A DNA stretch of 64,000 bases, taken from IMG/VR virus record IMGVR_UViG_3300033073_001027, positions 38,114 through 102,113 of that record; one strand, given 5' to 3'. Source of the stretch: a virus. Its lineage: Duplodnaviria; Caudoviricetes. The notes under the pieces were generated by a model that saw only the letters and a program-made list of their open reading frames with translations, was not told where the DNA came from and did no database searches. Positions 10,863-19,304 of the stretch are shown in pieces. Within the stretch, counting starts at the first letter, position 1, and the number at the start of each line of letters is the position of its first letter. The translations under genes and the position numbers were made by a program.

Positions 10863-10891
10863 TTGACTTTTCTGTAATTTTAGCGTATAGT
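10863..10891 (+). promoter_or_regulatory. Sigma70-type early promoter
   Basis: TTGACT-N17-TATAGT. Confidence 0.75.
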
Positions 10892-10915
10892 GATAATATT
10901 GAAATGGAGATTGTT

Positions 10916-11131
10916 ATGTTTGATATTTCTAAAGAAGCAGAAAATCTGATGATCGCTCTCGGATATGATGAGCAAGGGTTTGGTTACGTCGCAAGCGATT
11001 ACCTTGAGGTGAATTTTGAACTGGAAGCAAATGGAATTCAGTTCGGTTCCTTTGAAGATTTCCTTCGTCGTAAGTTGGAATGGAAGAACTCTTTGAAAAG
11101 CGATGTAGTTGTTGAAAGGATTGCAGCATAA
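10916..11131 (+). CDS. Hypothetical protein
   Basis: GGAG RBS before ATG 10916. Confidence 0.65.
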   Translation: MFDISKEAENLMIALGYDEQGFGYVASDYLEVNFELEANGIQFGSFEDFLRRKLEWKNSLKSDVVVERIAA

Positions 11132-11346
11132 TGGTTAGTATCTATACTGAAGTCGAAGTCTATATGGAAGATTTCGATGACGCAGATTTGATTGACGAAC
11201 TTGAAGGTCGAGGTTACTATGTAGTTAAGAACCCAGCACAAGTTCCAAGTGTCAATTCACTTTATGATGCATGGATTCTAGATAAGAATAAGTTTGAAGA
11301 TTTGTTTCGCGATTTTTGCCGCGAGAATATTGGGAGGAGTTTTTAA
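11131..11346 (+). CDS. Hypothetical protein
   Basis: TAATG coupling; DFDDADLIDELEGRG motif typical of small phage proteins. Confidence 0.7.
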   Translation: MVSIYTEVEVYMEDFDDADLIDELEGRGYYVVKNPAQVPSVNSLYDAWILDKNKFEDLFRDFCRENIGRSF

Positions 11347-11472
11347 TGACATCATCAATTAGTCAGCAAGAAATGGATATGCATTTCGACAAGATCGAAA
11401 GTGAGATGACTCAGCAACAAGTTACTGAGTCACCCACTGTTTACTTTCGTTTCGGAGAGGAAAGTCCTCTAC

Positions 11473-13518
11473 TTACTTGGACGTTGCTCTATACACGCCA
11501 TCCCAACCCTCAGTTGGTTTCTTAGATAGTTCTTCGATTCGTTCGACCATCATATCGTAATAAGAAGTTAACTCTCCTTGCCACTGGTCTTTAAGATCGG
11601 TGGCAAACTTTTTAGCACGGATCCAATCACCAGTACGATAAGCATGGAGGAACTTGAGATGCTCGTGCCCGAGTTTCACATTAAGTTCTGTGTCAAGAAC
11701 AGTGTAGATTGATACTGGTTCAGTCTTACCCTTAACAGCGACCAAGTCTAGTTCTACTGCTTGGTAGGTTCCATCGGCGAGGACTGCTTGTGCGGTTTTT
11801 GGACCAATAACGATCTTAACCCCATAAGGTTTTGATTGTCCTTCAAGTCGGGAAGCCAGATTAACGCCATCACCAAGGCAGGTATAATCAAAACGCTGAT
11901 CGCTGCCCATATTACCAACCACAACGGTGTCAGTGTTAATCCCAAGACCCATACCAAAGGGTGGAACACCTTCTTTTTCAACTTCAGCATTGAATGCCTC
12001 CAAGTCTTTCAGCATTGCAAGTCCAGTACGAACTGCATTCATAGCATGATCTTTATCATCTAACGGTGCATTCCAGAAGGCCATCTGGGCATCACCAATA
12101 TATTTGTCAAGAGTGCCTTCGTTCTCGATAATACGAGCAGTCATGGCAGTCATGTAGCGATTCATAATTTTAGTTAGACCCTGAACGTCTTTACCATAGT
12201 GCTCAGAGATAGTTGTAAATCCGCGAACGTCAGTAAACATAATTGACAGTTCTCTTGATTCACCACCAAGCGCAAGCAGTTCTGGATTCTTCTGGAGTTT
12301 CTCGACCATTGCGGGTGACAGATATGTACCGAATTGCTTCTTGATCTGTTGCTTCTGGAGGAATTCGCTGATAAACTTGACCGTATAGATGTGCATGTAG
12401 ATAATAGCAATTGCGATGATATTAAATGTCACATCGAACAGAATATGCTGTTCTTTGAAGAGATATACTGGCAAATAAAAATATCCAGCGAGAATTGCGC
12501 AAATATAAATTATAGAGAACCGAAAACGAGAGAGAACGATCAATGCAAGAGCAAGACCCAGAAAAGCAGCAAGATCCGCAACTGTTGACCAGTTCGGAAT
12601 CGCAACAGAATCTCCATTTATCAGAGTTTCAAGTATACTCGCCTGAAGGTCGTGGGGATATTGGGCACCTGATGGAGTCGCTACAGGATTCGCTACCCCA
12701 GCAGCAGTTACGCCTAATACGACAATCTTACCAGAAAGATCAGGAAGTTTCTCGCCTATCTCAAACGTTTGAAATTTATAATTTGGATTAATGAACACTC
12801 GACCATATTCATCGGTCTTAATGGTATCGAATTGAGGAACACGTAATGCTTCAACACCAGTCTGATTTATCTTTGCTTGATACGAAGAGTCTCCTGCAGC
12901 TACACGCAGCATCTCTATCCCAAATGCAGGATAGTATTCGCCTTTTGATTGAGATAGAAGAGGAACTCTACGTACAACCCCATCAGACTCGGGTAGTGTC
13001 GACGTTATCCCTACACCGACGGCAGCTTCTTGCAGAACTGGAATATTACTTAGAACGCATGGGTATTGAGGAAGAAATTCAGTCGGTTGTCCGTCGCCGA
13101 CGACAGCAACTCCAGTCCGAGCAATATTCTGCACCCCCTTACATGAATCAGTTGTTGTCTGACTCAGGACTACTGGGTAATTAGATAGTGCACTTGCCAA
13201 TACAGCGTCAGTGCCCATGCGATCAGGCTCAGGCATAAGTACAGTGCTACCGACAAGAGCAGCCCCTCTACTATAAATGTCCTCAATAATTTTAGCATGG
13301 ACTTCGCGTGGGAAAGGCCACTGACCATATTCTTCAATTGCTTTCTCCCCGATATTTACGGTAACAATTTGTTCGGATTGTTTGGGTGAACCCAACATCA
13401 AATAGTCATAAAATTTCATTCTGGTTGCTTCAACCAGATACGGATCAGAGAGTTTTACCGCCAAAAGAATACCAAAGGTAAATAACGCCAACCATGGCGA
13501 AAGTAAAACTTTTTTCAT
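11473..13518 (-). CDS. CHASE2-domain class III adenylate cyclase
   Basis: N-terminal TM; CHASE2 (GQWPFPR, DGVVRRVPL); 3 TMs; cyclase motifs FTDVRGFT, DKYIGDA, DYTCLGDGVNLASRLE. Confidence 0.93.
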   Translation of the reverse strand: MKKVLLSPWLALFTFGILLAVKLSDPYLVEATRMKFYDYLMLGSPKQSEQIVTVNIGEKAIEEYGQWPFPREVHAKIIEDIYSRGAALVGSTVLMPEPDRMGTDAVLASALSNYPVVLSQTTTDSCKGVQNIARTGVAVVGDGQPTEFLPQYPCVLSNIPVLQEAAVGVGITSTLPESDGVVRRVPLLSQSKGEYYPAFGIEMLRVAAGDSSYQAKINQTGVEALRVPQFDTIKTDEYGRVFINPNYKFQTFEIGEKLPDLSGKIVVLGVTAAGVANPVATPSGAQYPHDLQASILETLINGDSVAIPNWSTVADLAAFLGLALALIVLSRFRFSIIYICAILAGYFYLPVYLFKEQHILFDVTFNIIAIAIIYMHIYTVKFISEFLQKQQIKKQFGTYLSPAMVEKLQKNPELLALGGESRELSIMFTDVRGFTTISEHYGKDVQGLTKIMNRYMTAMTARIIENEGTLDKYIGDAQMAFWNAPLDDKDHAMNAVRTGLAMLKDLEAFNAEVEKEGVPPFGMGLGINTDTVVVGNMGSDQRFDYTCLGDGVNLASRLEGQSKPYGVKIVIGPKTAQAVLADGTYQAVELDLVAVKGKTEPVSIYTVLDTELNVKLGHEHLKFLHAYRTGDWIRAKKFATDLKDQWQGELTSYYDMMVERIEELSKKPTEGWDGVYRATSK

Positions 13519-14072
13519 TGCGTCAATTCTTTCCATTCTTCTGGGGTGATTTCTCGTTTAGTTGCAAGTAAATTTTCATAATGTATATATTCTGTTTCTA
13601 AATCATTTTCAGAATACACATCATTTTTTACATAAACTTTTGATTCGCTTTTGGTATTTGTGGTAATTGTTCTGTTGTCAGTTGGTATATACTCAGATAA
13701 TCTATCAAAATTAATATAACAAAAATCAAGATAATTTTGACGCCATTGACCTGTTTCAATATCATAGTGCACAAAATTCATAGTATTACCATAACATATA
13801 TATTTTAAGAATGGTCTGGAATGCTCGATAAATTGCTGTCTAGCATGTTCATCATATATTATACTATTACATCCAAATCTTTTATATGCAGAAATTAATC
13901 GTTGGTACGGATTGCGCAACACAACAATTCTAAGATTTTTTGTAGTTTGCCAAATATTAAATGATTCCGCAACACAAGTATATACGGGAATATTAAAATA
14001 CCCATACATACTTGTATGACCGCATCTTGTTGCAGAATAAACACACATTTTACCATTATCATAAACAAACAT
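13515..14072 (-). CDS. Sulfotransferase family 2-like protein
   Basis: RCGHTS and LRNPYQRLISAY resemble the PAPS-binding motifs; paralog at 34538. Confidence 0.55.
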   Translation of the reverse strand: MFVYDNGKMCVYSATRCGHTSMYGYFNIPVYTCVAESFNIWQTTKNLRIVVLRNPYQRLISAYKRFGCNSIIYDEHARQQFIEHSRPFLKYICYGNTMNFVHYDIETGQWRQNYLDFCYINFDRLSEYIPTDNRTITTNTKSESKVYVKNDVYSENDLETEYIHYENLLATKREITPEEWKELTQ

Positions 14073-14074
14073 AA

Positions 14075-15529
14075 TTAATTCTTCGTATAAGAGTATCCAT
14101 TACATGGTCCAGTCGTACATGTTATTTCCATTTTTGCAGAGTCTGCGGCAGTCAAGTTATTTTGCGAAACTGTCACACCAATACCTGCATTATTTAATAT
14201 AAGTTGAAATTGTTTAGCAGAAGAACCAATTTGAGATACTGTAGCAGAAACTCCACCAAATGGCGCATCAATCTGTAAGAAATGGTTTCCCAATCCTTCT
14301 TGCAACGCACTGATATTATTAGAATTTCCTAACGCATTGATAAACAACGATTTTCCGTTTGCGTCTTTTTGTTGTGCAGAAATCTGATTGCCAAGACCAT
14401 TGGTTACAATCTCAGCATACTTGCTACCATGCTGTTGCGTCAGCGATATAATATTGTTGTTACCAGTCACCGAAACTTCTGCCAAATTTTTACCGATTGG
14501 TGTTGTCGCAGTCCCTTGATTAATTGTAATACTGTTACCACTACCATTGATCAACATTGCTTGTGCACCATTAACACCGCGAATCTGATTCTGTTTAGAA
14601 AACTGTTCAATATAAACTGAATTATTAGATCCAGTTGCATTAATGTAGATAGAGTTTTGCGTAATTGCATTAGTCTGATTGATCTTTAGTGATTGACTCG
14701 CACTAATTGCAGCAGCAGGATATGTTGGTTCTACAGGTCCAGGAGTCGGAGGTGGCGGGGCAGAAGATCCCGCATTTGGTTGAACTGGTGTGAATGTCGC
14801 ACCATTCAGCAACGTTGTACCTTGCATCTGGTCAATGAAAAGAATTGGCGACAAAGCAGTATCACCAAGATTGAATGAAGCAAATCCTAATGTGTAGTTA
14901 CCATCAGTAGGAACAGTAAATACCGCAACTTGCCAACCAGTGGCACCATACGAGTTAGTAGAGTAGTTACCAGTGCCAGTATTAGTAAAACCTAACAGAG
15001 CAAAGTTTTGTGTCTGTCCATTGATAGTTGGTGTTCCTGGTCCGCCAGTCAAAGTAATCAGAGAACCATCATTGTATGGCATGTAGTCTGTTGAAACATA
15101 CTGCCAAGCAAACGTATAAGTAACCCCTGCTTGTAGCGTTACTGTTCTACTGATAGATGACGCATTAGTCGGCCACATGTTACCATTAGAATAGATCGTA
15201 TTTTTAATTGATGTAATCGCTGAACCAGCAAGACCAAGAGTGGTCATAGCATTATCAAAGGTTGGCGAACCACCCCCTGCTTGAACAGCGACCATGTATG
15301 ATCCGTATGGTGTAACTGTCCAGCACTTACCGCCACCAGGACAATAGTTTTGCATTCCAGATGTTACTTGAACACCAGCGCCGTTTGGACTCCAAGAAGT
15401 GCGAAGTGTAGTTGATCCGTTACTTACTGTCCAACCAGTATAATTCCCGTTCTCAAACCCGTAGTTTGCAACCTGCGCAAAAGATGGGAAAGAGAAGAAC
15501 AGAAGAAATAGAGCGATTAATTTTTTCAT
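14075..15529 (-). CDS. Secreted protein: beta-rich N-domain, Pro linker, C-terminal curlin-like repeats
   Basis: Signal peptide; NYGFENG start; PPPPTPGP linker; repeated [IV]xQxGxxN units. Confidence 0.7.
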   Translation of the reverse strand: MKKLIALFLLFFSFPSFAQVANYGFENGNYTGWTVSNGSTTLRTSWSPNGAGVQVTSGMQNYCPGGGKCWTVTPYGSYMVAVQAGGGSPTFDNAMTTLGLAGSAITSIKNTIYSNGNMWPTNASSISRTVTLQAGVTYTFAWQYVSTDYMPYNDGSLITLTGGPGTPTINGQTQNFALLGFTNTGTGNYSTNSYGATGWQVAVFTVPTDGNYTLGFASFNLGDTALSPILFIDQMQGTTLLNGATFTPVQPNAGSSAPPPPTPGPVEPTYPAAAISASQSLKINQTNAITQNSIYINATGSNNSVYIEQFSKQNQIRGVNGAQAMLINGSGNSITINQGTATTPIGKNLAEVSVTGNNNIISLTQQHGSKYAEIVTNGLGNQISAQQKDANGKSLFINALGNSNNISALQEGLGNHFLQIDAPFGGVSATVSQIGSSAKQFQLILNNAGIGVTVSQNNLTAADSAKMEITCTTGPCNGYSYTKN

Positions 15530-16665
15530 CTCTGCCCTGTCTCCTGAATAACAGTGATGTTACCTTGCGGTCTACCAGTACCAGATGTTGTCCATTTATC
15601 ATCCATAAAGTTGTAAACATCAACCAATCCATTTTGCACGGAAACTAACTGCAGTTCTGTAGATTTTTCCATCCACACAGTGATTGCTTGTTGTTTATCT
15701 TCCGAGAGACGAGTATAAACCCAACCAACCTGCACATTCTTTTTGAATGTTGGAGAAACGTTAGTATAAATCGTTTCTGCTGGTCTATTTCCCTCGTTGA
15801 ATTCTTGATAAACTTCAATCAACTCTTGCGGAGTTGCTTGTCGAATCATAACAGCAGCAACCTGTTCGACATTGTCTGTAGTTCCTGCGTCAGGATCTTT
15901 ATTGTCATCTCCTGCTGCTCTTGCTGGGTTTGTGAATTTCTTGAGTGTTTCTCTAGCAACCTGCAGCAAACTTTGACCGTCGTCTGTTTCCAGAGGAACA
16001 ATCTGAACACTGTTGTCTAGTGTCTTCATCAAAGGATTAATTACCACTGGTGGAGAAGGTGGGGCATAAGAATTCTCAACAACAGTTGCTTGGAATGCTT
16101 TTGTAAGAGAAACAACTCCAGACGCAGTGATAACATCGATCGCACCATTAGGACAATCTGCTGTTTGTTTTGTAATATCTAATTCATTATAGCATTCGGG
16201 AACAAGCACGACCGTCGAACGACCTGCTTCATCAACCGACATAACGAAGTCTGTGCCACGAACTGCGATGGTTGCAGTAGGTGTGCGAATATTTACGCCT
16301 TTCGCGTTACCGTGCGCGATGGCACCTGAGGTGTATCTGACAGTGCCGAGTGCGACTCGTAACCCGAGTTTGCCTTTCGACTTCCCTCCGCCATCATAAA
16401 CAAAGTCATCGATAAGAAGTTTAGAGTTTTCTGTAATATTGACCGTAGTTGCATCATTGAATGTAATCCTAAATCTTCCCTGAGAGTTGGTGGACACCGT
16501 GTCCATTTTTTCAACACCAGAACCCTTCGCGGCAGGTGCTGCTTTCACCCCACGTTTAATTTGCCCACCACCCTTAGCATCGGTGATCGACCCGATTGAT
16601 GCCATCGCAGGGGTCGATACCAATAGTAAAAGATTAATGGCCAGTTTTAATATTGAACGTGCCAT
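15526..16665 (-). CDS. FecR-domain exported protein
   Basis: Signal peptide; ITFNDATTVNITENS, IRTPTATIAVRGTDF. Confidence 0.85.
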   Translation of the reverse strand: MARSILKLAINLLLLVSTPAMASIGSITDAKGGGQIKRGVKAAPAAKGSGVEKMDTVSTNSQGRFRITFNDATTVNITENSKLLIDDFVYDGGGKSKGKLGLRVALGTVRYTSGAIAHGNAKGVNIRTPTATIAVRGTDFVMSVDEAGRSTVVLVPECYNELDITKQTADCPNGAIDVITASGVVSLTKAFQATVVENSYAPPSPPVVINPLMKTLDNSVQIVPLETDDGQSLLQVARETLKKFTNPARAAGDDNKDPDAGTTDNVEQVAAVMIRQATPQELIEVYQEFNEGNRPAETIYTNVSPTFKKNVQVGWVYTRLSEDKQQAITVWMEKSTELQLVSVQNGLVDVYNFMDDKWTTSGTGRPQGNITVIQETGQR

Positions 16666-17395
16666 TTGAACCTGTGCTGTTAATGTTTATAACAGTTTCG
16701 GAAACACCATATTGTTGTGTTGTTACAGTGTTTAGAGAACCTGTTAGATTCACATACAGCGAGTGACCAAATGTTCCACCAGTGCCTGTTTGTGTAATAT
16801 CAAAGTCGTTGTAGTTACCAGTCACAAGTAGAGTCTGCGATGCATTAGGAGATAATGCATCAATGTTAAATGTGTTGTTATTACCAGAGATATCCATCGA
16901 GTTGCGGATATTGGCACCCGAACCATGGAACACAATCGAGTTTGAATTACCAGTAAACTTAGCATTCATGTCAAGTTGATTACACAACGAATCTGTCTGC
17001 AGAGTTCCGCAGCGAATATCTGCAGAGTTTAGATCGCCAAGTTGACGAATTGTTACTGTTGCGATTCCTTGGGCCCCAGTGTTGGAAACAATTCCCATGT
17101 AGAGAGTGTTTCCGTTACCTGTCTGAATACCAATGACGCTTTGGTTGTCCCCACGTAGATAGATAGGATCAACAGCGGAACCAATAATATTGGCAGTACC
17201 AGTTTGAACAATGTTAACATCTACATTGCCTCCTTGCTGATCGATATATACCTTATTTGTAGTTGCCACTGCATTAGCGTCAGTTTCGTTAGGTGAAGTT
17301 GTGACGATTGCTGGTGGAGTTGGTGCTGTTGGCAGAACTGTCTGAGCGAACGCAGAAGTTGAAACGAACAGCAAACCTAGTGCGAATTTCTTCAT
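16634..17395 (-). CDS. Curlin-like (CsgA/CsgB-type) repeat protein
   Basis: Signal peptide; QTGTAN, QTGNGN, QLGDLN, SGNNN, TGNYN repeats; next to csgG. Confidence 0.7.
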   Translation of the reverse strand: MKKFALGLLFVSTSAFAQTVLPTAPTPPAIVTTSPNETDANAVATTNKVYIDQQGGNVDVNIVQTGTANIIGSAVDPIYLRGDNQSVIGIQTGNGNTLYMGIVSNTGAQGIATVTIRQLGDLNSADIRCGTLQTDSLCNQLDMNAKFTGNSNSIVFHGSGANIRNSMDISGNNNTFNIDALSPNASQTLLVTGNYNDFDITQTGTGGTFGHSLYVNLTGSLNTVTTQQYGVSETVININSTGSNGTFNIKTGH

Positions 17396-18210
17396 TTAGA
17401 TTGCTCCTGTTTTTGCTTAAATCTCCATAGATTTTTTCTTTCACCATCCTTGATCACCTCAACAACGGCCGTTTCTATGGCAGAACGGATAGCATAACTA
17501 CCTGCTTCATTACTTGTTTGTTGTCCATCGAACTCAAATGCTTTCGTGTCCATATCGAAGAACTTGAAAGCAGTGATACCTTCAGAAGTCGAGAGAACTG
17601 TTTTCTCAACTGTAACTGAAGTCAGCACCTCGCCAGTCTGGACAGATACTAGACGAATACTAATCGTAACTTGGTCTTGCGCATATTGCTGGTATGGACC
17701 GATGCCAAGGAAACGAGCACCTGTTCCTCCAGTTTTAATGTTCGAATTATAGTCAATGATGCCACCCTCAAGAATGATACCTGCAACTTTTAGTGGCGGT
17801 AGAGGTTCAGCACTTTCACCAGCAATTTGTTCACGCATCTGGCGAACAAGTTGACGTTCTTTAATGAGTGAATCGATTCCAACACGCTCAACAGGAACAA
17901 ACCACTTACCATCGCCTGTATCTTGTAGAGTTTTAATCAGATATGCGTCAGCACCCTGAGTTACTGCTGTTGAGAAACTTGCTAATGTCGATGATGGTTT
18001 ACGTTGCCCTGTTCTATCAGTAAATGCATATAGAGCGATAGGAATAGGTTGACCGTCTAACTCTGGTAGATTCTTGAATAATTTTGGATTCGCGAATCTT
18101 TTGACTTCTGCATCTTCTCTGAACAAATAGGATTGATTGGTGGCAGGATGAAGCGCACCAACGCACCCTGAAGTTGCGAGCAGAAGCGGAAGGAGAATTA
18201 ACTTTTTCAT
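17392..18210 (-). CDS. csgG: Curli secretion channel CsgG
   Basis: Lipobox ATSGC; FTDRTGQRKP, STAVTQG, WFVPVER, LIKERQLVR, LEGGIIDY. Confidence 0.92.
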   Translation of the reverse strand: MKKLILLPLLLATSGCVGALHPATNQSYLFREDAEVKRFANPKLFKNLPELDGQPIPIALYAFTDRTGQRKPSSTLASFSTAVTQGADAYLIKTLQDTGDGKWFVPVERVGIDSLIKERQLVRQMREQIAGESAEPLPPLKVAGIILEGGIIDYNSNIKTGGTGARFLGIGPYQQYAQDQVTISIRLVSVQTGEVLTSVTVEKTVLSTSEGITAFKFFDMDTKAFEFDGQQTSNEAGSYAIRSAIETAVVEVIKDGERKNLWRFKQKQEQSK

Positions 18211-18219
18211 ATATCCTCC

Positions 18220-18666
18220 TTAGAATGCGAATGTAGCAATAGGAACAGTAACAACCGTAGTGTTACCATTCTTATCGACAACTGTTAGAGTCACATCAGT
18301 ATTGCTCTTGACATAAGAAATCTTATTTCCGTCAAGATTAAAAGTTCCTGCTCTCGCCTCAGAACCCTCAGCAAACAGATTGTTTGAAAGTTGTGTAGCA
18401 AGTTGGGCATAAACCTGTGAGGTGAACAGTGCCATAAACTTTGCTAGTGGTGTATTTGATGCCTCTGCCTTTGCCAGCGCAATCTTTGCTGCTTCCGCAT
18501 CTTTAATTGCTTGAGTACGCGAACGTTCTTGGGCATCAATTGATTGAACGTGCGATGACCACCCATAACCATTGAAGGAAGGTGATTTAAAGGACTGGAC
18601 TATAGGGTCTGCGAATGCTGGACTACTTAGACTTAGTAGCAGGAGCATCGTCGCTCGTTTTAGCAT
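18220..18666 (-). CDS. csgF: Curli assembly protein CsgF-like
   Basis: Signal peptide followed by FKSPSFNGYG (CsgF F-x-[NS]-P-x-F-x-G); adjacent to csgG. Confidence 0.75.
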   Translation of the reverse strand: MLKRATMLLLLSLSSPAFADPIVQSFKSPSFNGYGWSSHVQSIDAQERSRTQAIKDAEAAKIALAKAEASNTPLAKFMALFTSQVYAQLATQLSNNLFAEGSEARAGTFNLDGNKISYVKSNTDVTLTVVDKNGNTTVVTVPIATFAF

Positions 18667-18754
18667 CTTTCTCTTCCTTTATTTTTTTATTTGAAGAAAA
18701 ATCTAATTCAAGCGTAAATACTTTAAGGATCTCAATTTTTAGTCTTAATGTCAT
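18623..18754 (-). CDS. Possible 43-aa ORF bridging the operon gap
   Basis: MTLRLKIEILKVFTLELDFSS...; overlaps both neighbours. Confidence 0.35.
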   Translation of the reverse strand: MTLRLKIEILKVFTLELDFSSNKKIKEEKDAKTSDDAPATKSK

Positions 18755-18998
18755 CACTATGATCCTCTTTTATTTGCAATACAACACTCACCTTCTGATT
18801 TAATCTAATAAGATCGTTATCTAACATGCGAATTCTATCAATTAGTGCGATCAAAATTACATTTGTCTCACCAATCAACGGCATTAATTTATCTGTAACA
18901 AATTTGTAAATAAACCAAACAAAATATCCCATGCCAACTGCGGCGACAATAGGAAATCCGTACTGTTTAACAAACGAAACTATCAATTCGGGATCCAT
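18732..18998 (-). CDS. Small single-TM protein (YvrJ-like GFPI motif)
   Basis: YGFPIVAA TM plus helical tail; paralog of next gene. Confidence 0.75.
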   Translation of the reverse strand: MDPELIVSFVKQYGFPIVAAVGMGYFVWFIYKFVTDKLMPLIGETNVILIALIDRIRMLDNDLIRLNQKVSVVLQIKEDHSDDIKTKN

Positions 18999-19285
18999 TA
19001 GTCCCTCCTTGCGTCGTTCTTCCCGTCTGCTCTTGCGATTCTATCTAAGTCTGGTTTCAGACCCAAAGCGGAACTAACAACAGCATCAACGCGAATAATA
19101 TCATGGTTCATGGTTTTCACACGGTTGTCCAACCCCATAATAATACCCTGCATTCCCTTGATCGCCTTAACAACGCTCTCAAGAATGTAGTTGATGACAA
19201 AATACACGAAAACGCCACCGAGCAATGCTGCCGCGATGGGAAATCCTACATCTCCAATAAGTTTAAAAATTGCATCGTAACTCAT
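18998..19285 (-). CDS. Small single-TM protein (YvrJ-like GFPI motif)
   Basis: VGFPIAAA TM; LDNRVKTMNHDIIR parallels LIDRIRMLDNDLIR. Confidence 0.75.
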   Translation of the reverse strand: MSYDAIFKLIGDVGFPIAAALLGGVFVYFVINYILESVVKAIKGMQGIIMGLDNRVKTMNHDIIRVDAVVSSALGLKPDLDRIARADGKNDARRD

Positions 19286-19290
19286 GCATT

Positions 19291-19298
19291 TATTTATA
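19291..19298 (-). promoter_or_regulatory. T4-type late promoter
   Basis: TATAAATA 5 nt upstream of ATG 19285. Confidence 0.75.
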
Positions 19299-19304
19299 AT
19301 AAAA

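Noticed and set aside
11473-19285. Host chromosomal contamination or prophage boundary explaining the curli/cyclase genes
   Set aside because: Preceded by a T4 late promoter, co-oriented and tightly packed with phage genes; no integrase or att site seen
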